Assembly: GCA_026936335.1 (NCBI GenBank)
Contig: JAPMXV010000061.1
Location: forward strand, 248,001 to 312,000
DNA: 64,000 nucleotides
Direction: 5' to 3'
From: Mantamonas sphyraenae STR306
Taxonomy: Eukaryota; Protista; CRuMs
Positions 34,198 to 47,600 of this stretch are shown here, piece after piece; the first letter of the stretch is position 1; each line of letters opens with the position of its first letter. Both the position numbers and the translations under genes were made by a program. The notes under the pieces were generated by a model. That model did no database searches and was not told where the DNA came from. It saw only the letters and a program-made list of their open reading frames with translations.

Positions 34198-37100
34198 ATG
34201 CCCTTGTCTGCAAAAGCTCAAGAGCTTCTGGGCAAGGTGTTCAAGGTTGGTTGTGTTTTGTGTGTAGGATGGGGGAAGGCAAGCGAGAGGTGTGCGGGAC
34301 CAGGGCGTTGCGGTGACTCGGAGGACAGTTGTGGCTCCGAAACCTGCCTTTTTTCCTGGACGGCGGGACATTTGCGGTGAGGCAAGACGTAGGAGGGATG
34401 GTGTGCTGACGCTACGCGGGGAACCGTGGTGAATGGGGCAGTTGGTGACGGGAAACGACTTGGAAGTGGCGTCCGCTGTATGCTTTGTGACGGACACGGA
34501 GATTGAGTCGCACGAGCTTGGAGAGCATTTGCACCACCTTTTCAGCGTGGCGAATGCAACACACACATTTCTGGGCAAGCTACTGGGAGATGCGTTGCGC
34601 GTGCAGAAAACAGACGTGGACAGTCTGCACTTTGCATTCCCACCAAGCACTGTGGCGTCGTCACTTTTCGCGCTGGAGCTGAGCGAGGCCCAGCCGGACG
34701 CATGGCTCGGGTCTGTGCTTGCGTCCGTGCTGGAGCGCGTAGGAACGTGTGCTCTGTCGATGGAATGGCCTGTAAGTGTGCAAAGAGTGTGGGGATGAGC
34801 GATGGCTGAGTGTGCGGCGCGGGATGGCGCAGTGAGGGGCTGGGGCTGAGGAGTCACGCGGGATCGCACGGCGGACTGACGCGCAAGGGCGGGGCACGCG
34901 TGGGCTGCCACCAGGCGAACCAGGAAGAGGGGGACGCAGAAGAAAAGATTGCAGAACGAGCGCGTGTGGTGAGCGACTTTGCTGTGGAGATTGTGGAAGC
35001 GGTGGAGCGCGAGTCTGCACAGGTGCCTGCAAAGGTGGTCACGCTGCTCAAGCTTCTTCGGCAGGTTCTGGAAAACGCGTTCCAAGAGGCGTGGCCACGT
35101 GGTGTGGGCTCGCTGTTCTGCTCACGGATGTTGTCACTGGCCATTGCCGCGCCTGAACGCTGGGGCGTGCAGCAAGGTGTGTTTGTACTGCCGGGGGCCC
35201 GAGGACGGGGAGGAGTTTGTGTGTGGACGCACCTGTTGAACCTCTCGCACTCACACACTCGCGCACTCACGTTGTGAATCACGCACGGCAACCGTTCACT
35301 CGCAATTGGTTCACCCAACACAGCACCGCCGCCTTCGCTGGTGCGACGTCTCTTGCTTCTGGTGTCCAAGCTTGTGTTTCACATTTTCGCAGGGCACGAG
35401 TTTGGCACAGACGAGGAGGCGGAGTTGCAGCTACTGAACGACGTGGTGCACAAACATCACGAACGGGCGTGCCGCGTGATGGCTGATGTCACAGCGTCAT
35501 CATTCGCTGGTTTGGAGCGCCAGGAGAGCGGAGCAGGCGACGACGAAGCCGGCAGCAGCGCGCCGAGTGCAGCACAGATCAAGCGAAACCTCCAGGTGAT
35601 GTTGTTTATCGAGAGCGTACTTCGACGGTATGCAGACGACGTCACGAAAGAGCTGAAACGGCGCGGCACGACGTCGTTGCTGCTGGCCATGTCCGAGGTG
35701 CTTACCGAGGCGTACAACGTGGACCTTCCCCACCGGTTCTCCAACTACTTGATGCCACGCACGCGCACATCGCCCAAGTACGTGCATTTCCTGCGTCTGA
35801 ATCAGAACGAACAGATGCTTCGGGCGGGCGAGATGGACTATTGTACGCAGGACACGAACCGCGTGCACCACATGGGCTTTGGTTCGTGGAAGACTGGCTA
35901 CGTGCGCGTGTCCACACACTACGTGTACATCTTTCTGGACGAGCAGTTTCCGTTCCCCACGGTGGCAGTGCCATGGTACCAGGGCGTGCAAATTTCACAC
36001 TTTGAAATTCTGCAGGCGCTGTGCGTGCATGTCCACAACGCGATCGTATACCTTCGCATTGCGGAAACAGAGATGCGACAGGAATGGTTGCAGGAGCTTG
36101 AGGAACACGCGGACAGACGCATGCACAGGCTGTGGAAGCGTGCCGGTGTGCAACCTGACGAAACGCATATCTCGGGCTTTTTGTTTGACGCCACGGGCGA
36201 AGGCAACACAAGCGCAGGTGGGTCATCTTCGTCGTCGTCGTCTGGGTCGTCTGGGTCGTCTGGGTCGTCTGGGTCGTCTGGATCGTCTTTGAGGGGCGAG
36301 TCTTCGTCGTCGTCGTTGCTGAGCGGCAAGGGTGGTGGCAAGGTGCGCGGATGGAGACCGCGCTTTGCAGTGGTGTCTGAGAACAAACTGTGGCTGTACG
36401 AGACGCCGACAACGATGGAGCGGTGCGTGACCGTGGTCGACTTGACGGGCAGACGGACGCGTGTGTCGCAGTCAACGCAGGTGGACAACGCGGTCATTGT
36501 GTACTCGGAGGCGGAACGAAGGGAACATCAGGTGCGCTTGGCTACGGCGTTGGAGAGTTCTATGTGGATGGAGGCTCTGCAGCGTGTAATCAACCAGTGG
36601 CGCGTGGAGCACGATCTGCCGCTGCTGACAGACAACCTGGAAGAGGGAGGTAGCGCGGAGTCGGGGCTGGTTGACCTGTACAACCCTGCGCTGACGGGAT
36701 ACCTGGAGGTGCGAGCAAGCGACATTGTGGCGGAACGGTGGTTCCGGCGCTTTTGTGTGCTGATGCCGTACGGGGTGCTGTACGCATTCAAAGGTGTGCA
36801 GGCAGGAGTGACGTCTGTGACCAAGCCGACGGATGTGATCCCTCTCTACGGGAGCCAGAGTGCACTGATGGACAGCGAACTGGACGACAACCATCCGTAC
36901 GCGTTTGATCTGTTTTCGCAGGCGCGGGACAGGCGCTACCAGCTTCAAGGAGAGAGCGCGGAGGACTTTCGCAAGTGGTGGGTGGCCCTGGAGGGTGTAC
37001 TGGAGGAGAGCCGCGGCAAGGATGTGCCGGAGGACATGGTGATTGTGGAGCAGGCGGACGAAGAGGATGCGAGCGCAGAGCTGGCGCAGTTTGAGCACTT

Positions 37101-40100
37101 GGTGGACCTGTTGACGGGCAACGATTTCCTGTTTGTCGGCAACATGTGCAACGTGCTGGGTATGTCGCTGGATCGAGTCGTGGCTCCGTTCTACCGCGTG
37201 TTTCTTTCGCGCAACGAGCTGTACGCGTTGATCGAGGCGATGATTGTGTCACACTTGGACCAAACGACGGACACGACGACGTTGTTCCGCAAGGACAACA
37301 TGGCGACGAAGGTGATGGGACAAATGGCAAAGAACTTTGGCAAAGAGTACCTGAAGACCATGCTGCTGCCGTACATCGAGCCGCTGCTGGACACGACGCG
37401 GAAGTGGAGCTGCGACCCGGTGAGCGCTGAGGACGACCCGTCGATTGACGTGGAGGCAAACATGCGTGACCTGGAGGCGCTGATCCGAGAGATCCTGGAG
37501 CGAGTGCTGAGTTCGGGACCGGAAGTGCCAGAGGTGCTGCGCATTGGGTGCCGGCTGATGCACAGGACGATGCTGGTGAAGTATCCAGATTCGGACACGT
37601 GGAAGACAGGCATCCGCAACTTTATGTTTTTGCGTTTCATCTGCTCGTCGCTGGTGGCGCCGGAGGCATACGGGATTGTGGACAGCTCGCCGTCGCGTGC
37701 AGCGCGAACGGCGCTTACGATGTTGGCCAAGGTGATGCAGAATCTGGTGAATGGCGTGCGGTGGAAGGAGGGGCTGAAGGAGGAGCACTTGATCCCGTTC
37801 AACGATGTGATTGACGAGTTTGCGGAGCGCATGGATGCGTTCTTCTACGAGCTCGTGGAGCCGCCTGCGCTGGACGGGTCGATGCCAGACTTTCGCAAGA
37901 TGAAGGAGCACATGCCGACGAGTGCGGACGTGGTGCACGACCTGCTGACCATCCACTTTCACCTAAGCAAGAAGGAAGGGAAGATCGTGGAAGCGCTAAA
38001 GGGAGCCGGGGCGAGCGAAGCACTTGTGGACGAGACGCTGCGCGTGGCGAGCGAAGAGTACGAGGTGAAAGGTGGCGGGGTTGCGCACCGAGAATCGTTT
38101 TCGATGGGCTACTCGCAGAACAAGGAGAATTGGCTGCACAAGGGTTGGCTGTACAAGCGTACGGGTTCGTCGGTGTCGCACATCGGGCGAAAGAACTGGA
38201 AGCGTCGCTACTTTGTGCTGCTTCCGACGACGCTGGTGTACTTCAACGAAAACGAAACCAACACGATTGTGGGCAGTGTGGCGCTGGACGAGGGAGGTAC
38301 GGTGCGAGCGGCGACGTTGGCCGGGGCAGAGCACGCGTTTGTGATTGAAAAGGACGACCAGGTGTTTTACGTGCAAGCGGAGAGCGAGGGCAAGCGTGAC
38401 GAGTGGATCAAGGCGATCGAGACACAACTGGAGGAGCTGAGCAGCCACATCGAAAGCGGAAGCTTCGACAGGAGCAAAATGGTCGGGGACGGGTGGCTTG
38501 GCTACCAGGGCCAAGACCTGGCGCGTATGTGGAGGCGACGATACTGTGTGTTTACGTCTGACGGGCAACTGTTCCTGTTTGCGTCGGCCAAGGCGCTGGA
38601 GCGACCTCTGGGTATGATCCAGCTGGGAGTGAACTCGCTTGTGAGCTGCACGGGGGTGCACAACGGCTTTGAAGTGTTTGTGCTGGAGCACCAGCGATAC
38701 TACCGGTTCCAGGCAGAGGACGGATTGGCGCTGAAGAATTGGGTGTCGATGCTGGACGGCCACGTGCACGACGAGCAGCGGCGGAAGAAGGAGCTGTACC
38801 TGGGCCAAATGGGAGACTTTGAGCCTGCAGATCTGCAAGATCGTGTGCACGATGGGTTCTTGGTGAAGCGCGTGCGGTCGGGCACAAAACGGCGACGGTT
38901 CTTTGTACTGCTGAGCGGCGGACTGCTGTACTACTTTCGCAAGCCGCAGTACGGGCAGATGAGCACTGAGGAGCCGCTGGGATGCATCATGCTGGTGGGA
39001 CGGGAAAGCAAGGTGGGCACGGGGGACGGAGAAGGGGAGCTGTACGTGTACAGCGAGCCGGAGGACAAGACGTACGAGCTTGTGGCGGACGGGTCGGAAG
39101 AGTGCAGTGAGTGGGTGCGCAAGGTGGCGACTGTGCTAGACTCGACGCGGGAGCTGGACGTTGTGGCACTGCAAAAGGATGCGGTGGGACGGGTGGTGCG
39201 TGGCGGCTATCTGTACAAGCAGGGGAACGATCTGCTGAAGAAGTTTCGGCTGCGGTACGTGATCCTGCTGGACTCGGGAGAGCTGCGGTACTATCGCAAC
39301 AAGAACATTCGGGAGAGCGACAACTTGCTTGGGAGCGTGTATCTGCGGGGCACAAACACGGTTGCGCGCTCGTGCCGCAACAAGCAGGGCGTTGCGGACC
39401 GGGTGCAGTTTGAGGTGTACAGCGAGACGCAGGACAGGTGGTTTGTGTTCCGGGCGGACGGAAAATATCTGAAGGAACAGTGGTTGGGAGACATCCTGAG
39501 CGTGAGCAGCGAGGTGACGGCCAGGAATGCAGGACGTCTGGGGCGCAAGGACACTGCGGAAGGGCGTGTAGGCGGCGGGGCAGGGGTGAGGAAGGGGGTG
39601 TCGATCGAGAGCGTGGGAGGGCGAGGCGGAGGGCGAAAACAGCTGGAGGTGGAGCTTGTGCCGTATGTGACGCTGATCGATACGCTGCGCATGGAGAACT
39701 TGTGCGTGATTGCGGCGCTGATGGAGAACGCCGGGCGGACAGAGGCGGAACGATCGCGGTTTGCATCTGCAGTGGTGGACTTTTGCGCGTCGCAAACGCT
39801 GGGAGGACAGCTTGTGCGTGTGCTGGTGGAACAGCAGACGGCCGAGTGCTCCAAGGTGGACGTGATGTTCCGTCAGGGGAGCACTGCGCAGCGAATCATG
39901 CAGTCGTACCTTGTTCGGCATGGGTTGCCGCTTGTGGGTGCGGTGACACGTGAGATGCTGCGTGTGGTGAGCCAGCTGGAGTACGAAGTGGACATGGAGG
40001 CCGATGATGCAATGATGCGGGAGGACGCGCAGTCTCTTCTGCTGGGACAGGCTCTGGAGTGTGTTGCCAAGGTGGAGGAGATTGAGATGGAGAGTGTGGC

Positions 40101-41577
40101 AAGTCCTGTGCGATGGGTGGTGATGCTTGTGCGAGAGGTGGTGGGCGCCAAGTTTGGGGAGGCGTGGACGCACTTGGCCAACAGACTTGTGTGGACGGAT
40201 TTGTTTGCGTACACGATGGGCCGGGTGGGAGAGTTTAAGCTGAGCGACTCGCCGACCGAGTACGGAGCACGTGCGGCGAGCCAGCTGGGGCGTGTGCTGA
40301 GTGCGGTGATGAGTGGAGAGGTGGTGGAAACGGAAACGGAGGAAAAGGTGATTGTGAACGGGGTGCCAACGACACGGGAGCGAGTGAACGCGATGGCGTT
40401 TGCGAACGAGGATGCGCAAAGGCAACGGGAAAAGGGCCTGTGGGTGGAGGCGTGTGCGGGGTCGATTGGACGTGAGGCGGAGGCGGAAGTGGATGCAGCG
40501 AGCGAGGTGCAAGGGCATGAGGAGGTGATTGCGGCGCTGCAGGAACTGCACGCGCTGTTGAAGAGCAAACACATCTTTGTGGGCAACTTTGTGCGGGACA
40601 TGGTAGAGGGAGATGCGGCAGAGGAGGTGGTGGAGGCTGTGGAACGTGAGGCGAACCGTGGATACGAAGGAGAAGAGCTGGCACACGTGGAATTGAGCGG
40701 AGCGGTGCGACGTGGCTGGATGTACAAGAAGGGTCAAAGCAAGATGAGTGCGTGGAAGCGGCGGTGGTTTGTGCTACTGGAAAAAGGGGAGGTTGTGTAC
40801 TTTGCGAACGAACAGGCAAAGGAGCGGAGCACGGAGGTGAGCCTGGGGGTCATCAACCTGCAGGGTAGCGAAACGCGAGTGTCGTGTTCTGAGGGCAAGG
40901 GACGCAGTCAGGGCCTGGATGTGTTTAGCCAGTACAGCAAGCGTGTGTACATGCTGTCGTGCGGGAGCGAGGAGGAACGCAACGCATGGCTGGCGGACAT
41001 GTTTGAGGTGCTTGCGAAGCTGCGTGCAAGCGGGAAGGGCAAGGGCAGAATGCGAGGAAAGAGCGGATCGGAAAAGGCACTGGCAGGATCGTCGCGACGA
41101 AGTGTGAGCTGGGTGAAGGGCAAGGGCAAGGAGATTGTGGAAAAGGCGATTGAGGCGAGGAATGTGGAGGATGTGGCAAAACGTACGGTGAGCGAGGATG
41201 ACACGGATGAAGGGCCTGTGATGGAAGGAGTGCTGTACAAGCGAGGCAACGACCTGCGCAAGAAGCTGCGGCCGCGTTTCTTCCGGCTGTATGCGGACGG
41301 GGAAATCAAGTACTACAAGGACGAAAACGTGCTGGACCCCGGAGCGTACCTTGGGTGCATCCTGTTGCACGGAACAGAGTCTGGGGTGCTGGAGGCGGAC
41401 AAACGACGGGATGTGAGCTTCAACGTGTTTTCGCAGAGCCAGGATCGTGTGTTTTACCTGCAGGCGTCGACGCCCGAGAGCAAGGAGAGATGGGTGGATG
41501 GGATTCGGCGTGTGCGACGTGGACTGTTGAGTGGCGAAGAGGTGTTGGGGCAGGAGCAGGGGGTGGTTGTGTCGTGA
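34198..41577 (+). CDS. RasGAP with nine PH domains and two degenerate RasGAP-like domains, ~2,297 aa
   Basis: Exons 34198-34245, 34442-34771, 34915-35176 and 35324-41577 join in phase; the start codon is less certain. The central RasGAP has arginine finger LFRKDNMATK and FMFLRFICSSLVAPE..LTMLAKVMQNLVN. PH domains are recognised by (G)xLxKxG..WKRRxFVL..W patterns. Confidence 0.88.
36238..36290 (+). repeat. (TCGTCTGGG)n 9-mer tandem repeat encoding SSG in a loop of PH domain 2
   Basis: Direct sequence; about 5 copies. Confidence 0.85.
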
Positions 41578-41608
41578 GTGCGGCAGGCAATGCAGGAAAA
41601 CTTACGCA

Positions 41609-44600
41609 ATGCGTATGCAACAGTCTGGATTGGTTGTCGTGATTGCGCTAGTTGCATTGGGGTTGTTCGTGCAAGTGTACGGGCACACGTTTGGTATGTG
41701 CCGTGAAAGGGGGAAATGCAAGAAACGGGATGGCGAAATGTTGGTCGTTGGAGTGGGTGGGCGGGGTGGGGAGGTGAACGGGAGTCGGTTGATTGGGCGG
41801 GAGTGGGAGGAGAGGGTTTTGGAAGAGTCAAGATGGGTTGTGCTGCAGTAGGAGGAGCTGGGAGCCCGCGTGATGTGGACGTGTGCAAAAGAAGTCCGGG
41901 GGTTGGGCATTGACACGGTTTGACGCATTGTGTGAGTGCAGAATTTTCACAGACGGGCCATGTGATGTCATGCGACGCGTATCCGGACCCTGCAGACTCG
42001 AGCACAGCGTAGGTTGGGAGGTGGCCGTTTTGCCTAGAAAGGCAAATCTAGACCAAATTCCAAATTCGAAGTTGTTGTTGCGAACGAACTGACGCGGCTC
42101 TACGCTCGTCCACGGACACAGGAGCAACGGAGCGACGCAGCACAAATCTTCTGCAATCCACGAGACGGTGCCTGCGGGCCAATCGTGGGTGCTGCTCAAG
42201 TACATGGCGAGCCCGGCGTTTACAAACTCCTTGAACGATCTGGGCCCAATTGTTCTCTACCGCGCAGTGTCGGCGCCAGGAACGGGAGATGACTCGGATG
42301 CAGGCGCATTTCACTTTGCCACCAACCGCGGGGTGACGCAGATGGCAGGGAGTGTGTACAACATGTCGTTTACACCAGCGACGCCTATCGAGTTTCCTGC
42401 GCAGGGCATCTACCCGCCAAACGACCAGACCAAGGCAAATTCGATGCTGATGACATTTCAATCACGAGGGCAGGTGGGTTGGATGGTGGAGGGATGTTGC
42501 ACAAGGCGGGATGACGAAAGGTGGGTCGCTGACGCCCATGATGCACACAGTTTACACTCACGTCAGCTGGAGTCCGCAACGCGGGCGGTTACCAGACTAC
42601 ACACGACGGAGCGGCGGCGCACATCATCACACACCTAAATTTGGATGGAAAATTCGTCGCCGCCAACGGCCTGCTCGGAGGAGCATCGGACACCACGGTG
42701 CCGAGCGTAGGCACAGTGGCTCATTCCTACTGTGCAATTCCGACGGGGCCCAACAAACAATCTGCGCCCAACCCACTGTGTTCAGGAGGAGGCGGCGGGG
42801 CGATCGACACGGTGGCAAACCCAAATGTGCCAGCGAGCGGGGCTGGTGGAGGTGGATACGGTGAAGGAGTGACGTCGTACGCCAACGGGGTGGCATCGGA
42901 GTCGGCACTGGCTGGCAAGCCCCACCGTGGGCCAAACCTGGTGATGGGCGGAGGAGGAGGGTCGGGTTCGGCAATTGCAGGTGCATCGACAAACGCCGGC
43001 GGCCGAGGCGGAGGCATATTCATTGTCTTTGCCAAAACAATCTCGGGAACAGGCGTTTTTGATGTGTCTGGACGGGATGGAGGCTCAAACGTGGCAGGGA
43101 ACCCAAAAGGCGGAGGTGGCGGAGGCGGAACGGTGTACCTGAACACAGGGTCGCTGTCGCCCACCATCAACTTCAACGTGGCGGGCGGTATTGGTGGGCC
43201 CGACGGACCAGGATCGACAACAACGAATGGTGGCGAAGGTCGCGTGATTGTGGAGTCAAACAACTGCACGTCGATCGAGCTGTCATCGTCGACGGTGGGG
43301 CTGGACGCGAGCGTGGACGTGAACATCCACGGCTCTCTGTTGGACATCAAGGACAACTGTCCGTATCGACACTGCTTCATTTTGACGCCAAACAATCTGG
43401 ATGACTTGAACCAGTACGAGGCAGCGTGTGCGGCGCTGCCGGTGAGGGCGAGGCCAGCGTCGATTTTGAACGAACACGAGCACAATTTGGTGTCGCAACT
43501 GTACCCGAGCAAACAGAGATTCACGTTGGGTGCAAAGCAGGTGCGTGGTTTCACATACACGTGGCTGGATGGCAACAACATGACGTACACACGGTGGCAG
43601 GGTGGAACGGCTCCGAACACGGTGCGCATCCAGTTTGGGGCCAACTTGCGCACGTATCCAGGTGACGCTGTCAATTGGGTGGGCGACAACACACAGACAC
43701 GTGCGCTGTGCAAGCGGACGCTGGACATCGAGTGCACGTGGAAGGTGGCGGGGCACAACGACGTGACCACCACGGCGATACACCACGGCGGAATCCGTGT
43801 GTCGTGCCCCACGCCAGCACAGGTGCAATTGGGCATCACGAGCGTTGCACAGGCGACGCTTGAGGTGTCTCTGCACGGGGAGCTGTTTGGAAAGGCGTCT
43901 GTGACGCTGCAGCCTGCGCCAGTGCTCCCTGCGCTTCCGTGCGACCTCGACGACTACCCGTCTCTGGAACTGGCTCACACGACGCGCTCCCTGGACGCTT
44001 TCTATGCCCTTGTGGCGTCCTCTGCGGCTGGGTCCAGCACGATACGCGTTGATGCCGCTTCGGTGCCTGCGAAAGGCGCTGCGATTGCGGTCGCACTGAC
44101 GCTGCGTGCATCGCCGACATCCACACCGTCGACAGCCCAATGGGCGGTGGCGTATGTGTCGGCGGTGGGAGCAAACGGCACACTGACGCTGGACCGGCGC
44201 TTGCCGTTTGCAGTGTCTCCCAGCACACACACGGTGTCGCTGCTGCACACGTACTCGTCGATCACGCTGACCAGTGCATCGATCACGGTGCCGGCGTATG
44301 ACTCGGCGACGCGAGCGGGGGGCGTGCTGTTTCTGAGGACAGGGCATCTGTCCATGGATGCGCAGTCTACCATCGACCTGCAGGGGAAAGGATATCCGGA
44401 AGCGCTGGCTGCGTCATCGCGGCTGACGCCTGTCTCGGGTCTGCCGTCGATGACGGAACACGGAGCGCTGGTGCTGTTTTACACAAGTGCGTCGTCCATC
44501 AATGCGACGACTCCGGCCTCGGTGACGGTGTTTTCGTCGTCGCTGGCGCCGTCGTACCACACGCCGCTGCCACCATCGACGCTGGCCAACCCCACAGTCG

Positions 44601-47600
44601 GGGCAAAGTGTTTTGCAGCAAACCGCGTGGACACCAATTCGCCACGGCAGTCATCTGTATCGCTGCGGCTGGACCAGCACACGTTTGACACGACGCGGAC
44701 ATGCGTGTTTCAGCACTGTCTGAGTGTGGGCACGGGCTGCACGGGCACGGCGTTTGCGCCGCTGCAGTCCACGTACGCAGCGTCGCTTGCAGACGACACG
44801 TCTACGATTTGTCGCGCTGCGACCACGTACACATGCGATTTTGGCGATGGGATCACCACGCAGCCGTCGTTCTCGTCGTCGGATCCGTCTGTGATCACGT
44901 GCCCAGTGCCGACAACTGTGCCGGCCGACAAGACGCCATCGACGACCTATGCGCTGTCTATTGCGTTGGCTGGGGCACGAGTAACGCAACCGGTGCCTGT
45001 GACTGTGCACCACACTCCAGCGTACGAGTTTCTGCTTCCTTGCGCGCCAGAGACGGCGGCGGGGCTTTCTCTGGCCAACAAAGAGTGGGACGGACTAAAC
45101 ACATACCATGCGCTCGCGGCGACGGCACACGCCGGTCAAAGCATTGTGACGCTGACGACAGATGGACACGGGCTGGCGGCGGGCGACCACATCCTGCTGC
45201 ACCAAACCAAGGCGGATTTGGTGCACCACGGTGGACATTACGAGTTCAACGCAGTCGTTTCGGTGCAGGGGGCAATGATTGTGCTGCGCACGCCATTGGA
45301 ACACAGGTTCACATCGCATGCGCAGGTGGTGCGGTATACGCCGTACGACACGGTGACATTGCGGAACACAACGTTGCACCCGCGTGCGTGGGACGGACAG
45401 GTGGGCGCCATTATGGTGCTCCACGCACGACAGCTTGACATGGATGCGTTGTCGACTCTTGACGCGCGCGCACGAGGGTTTCGTGGCGGGCCTCGACAGA
45501 CAACGGCCAACACAGGAGGCCACGCAGGCGAGGGGGAATTGGCAGGCACGTGGCCGATTGTTCACGCAGACGCATCGGCGAGCGTGCGTGGCTACGGTGG
45601 CCCCGGCGGAAGCACAGACGGAAACAACTACTTTCTCAACGGTGGCGCCGGGATGAACCAGCCCTTCGAAAACCAGTACACGGTGCCATCGGTGACTCCG
45701 AAACCGACGTTTTCGCTGTCGCTGACGAATCCAAGTGACTATTTTGTGGCGAGTGGCCATCCGTACCACGCGCCCATGTCGCACAAGCTGTACCCTGGAC
45801 AGGGTGGCGGCAGCGGATACGCAGGAAGCTCGTCCGCTTTGTATGGCGGCGCAGGAGGTGCAGGAGGTGGCATCATTATTGTGATTGCAGACACGATCAC
45901 AGGCAACGGGACGATCGACACACGAGGGGACATGGGCGAGATGCGACCGAGCGACGCCACGGCATCTGCAGGCGGACCTGGAGCAGCGGGAGACGTGATG
46001 ATCCGCTCTCCCGACGCCTTGTCACACAACCTGACCTTGCTGACGGAAGGAGTGCAGGGACGTAACGCGGAGCCACCGCGGGCCACAAACGCAACGTCTG
46101 GCCATGCCAAGCGTCTGCTGCTGCCATACGCATGCTCTGCAGCGTCGACTGTGGATGTGAGCACAAAGACAGCCGCTAGCTCTGTGAACACGTCGTTTGC
46201 CATCACGGCGCTGTCCAATACCACGGTGTGCCCCTACCTGCACTGCACACTGATGCCTACGGGCACGTCGCTGCCTGCCACTCGCGATAGCCGCAGCACG
46301 TATCCGCAGTATTGCGCCAACCTGGGAGCTCGCGTGATTTCTCTTCACAACCAAGCGCAAGAGCAAGCATGGTGGGCTCGCTTCTTTTCTCGATACGACG
46401 GCTTCCCGTCCTCGCCCGGTAGGCCGTACACTTGGGTGCCGTCCACCGCCCACGATGCCTCAATGGTGATGTACAACTTGGGCATGCACGTCCCAATGTT
46501 GTTTTCGCAGACGCTTGGTACGTGGGTGAACGTCGATGCGTCCCCAGTGGATTACGTGGCGTGGGGAGGCTCCGAGCCAAACGACGCCAACTTGGTGGAG
46601 GATTACGTGGCCGGCAGCACGATGTACCACCACCCGTATTGGAACGATAGTCCGGATTTGGATGCCCAGGTCCCAGCCGTGAGCACGTTCCAGCTGAAAA
46701 CACGCTTGTTTCCATGCTTGCGGGAAACGAAGCTGGAGTGCGATGTCGCAGGCGTACGCACTGCCATCGTGCGCCATCCGACAGACCCGTCGCGTGTGAC
46801 GTGTGTGCTCCCCTCCGTTGCTGCGTCGGGACCGCAAACGCTGCGCTTCTTGCATACAGGCGTCGATTTCGCAACGCCGCAGTCTGTGCTGTACATTGCA
46901 CCAACGAATGCAGCTGCGTGCACGCACAACCTCACACAGACCCCGAGTCCGACACCGCGTGCAGGACAGGGTCTACACATTGGCATCACGGCCCGGGACA
47001 TCTACGGAGCCCAGCAGTTCCATGCAAACGATACGTTTGTCGTTGCTGCGACGCACGTGGCGACGGGCACGGTGCTCGTCGTTGTCTCGGCCATCCCTGC
47101 GGCAGGAACTGGAAACTACTCTGCGTCGATGAATCTCACCGTGTCTGGCGACTACTCTGTGGCCATCACTCTGAACGGGCAGCCGATCGCCCAATCGCCC
47201 GTCACCGTGCCGATCTTGTTTGCACCGCTTGCGCGCGCCAACCTGACTTCCTATGTTCCGCCGACACCCATAGTCCTGGATAGACGCACGGATCCGTTCG
47301 TACGCTTTGAGTACACCCTGTACGACGCGTACGACAACCTGTACACGCCATCTGTGACGGACAACCTGCCGGAATTGATCCACACCAGATCCTTCGCGCC
47401 GTTCAACTTTACGTGGTCCAGCTCGGGCGGTAATGCACACGTTGTGCTGTATCAGCTCCGCCCAATCGCCTACTTTTCGATTACGTTTAAGCCGTTGCAG
47501 TTGGCCCCTGTGCCCGACCCTGCCCCGGGAACGTATCCGTTTGCCTACACCCTGCGCGATCCATTGTCATCGGACCCGACGCCTGTGAGCCTCGCACCGC

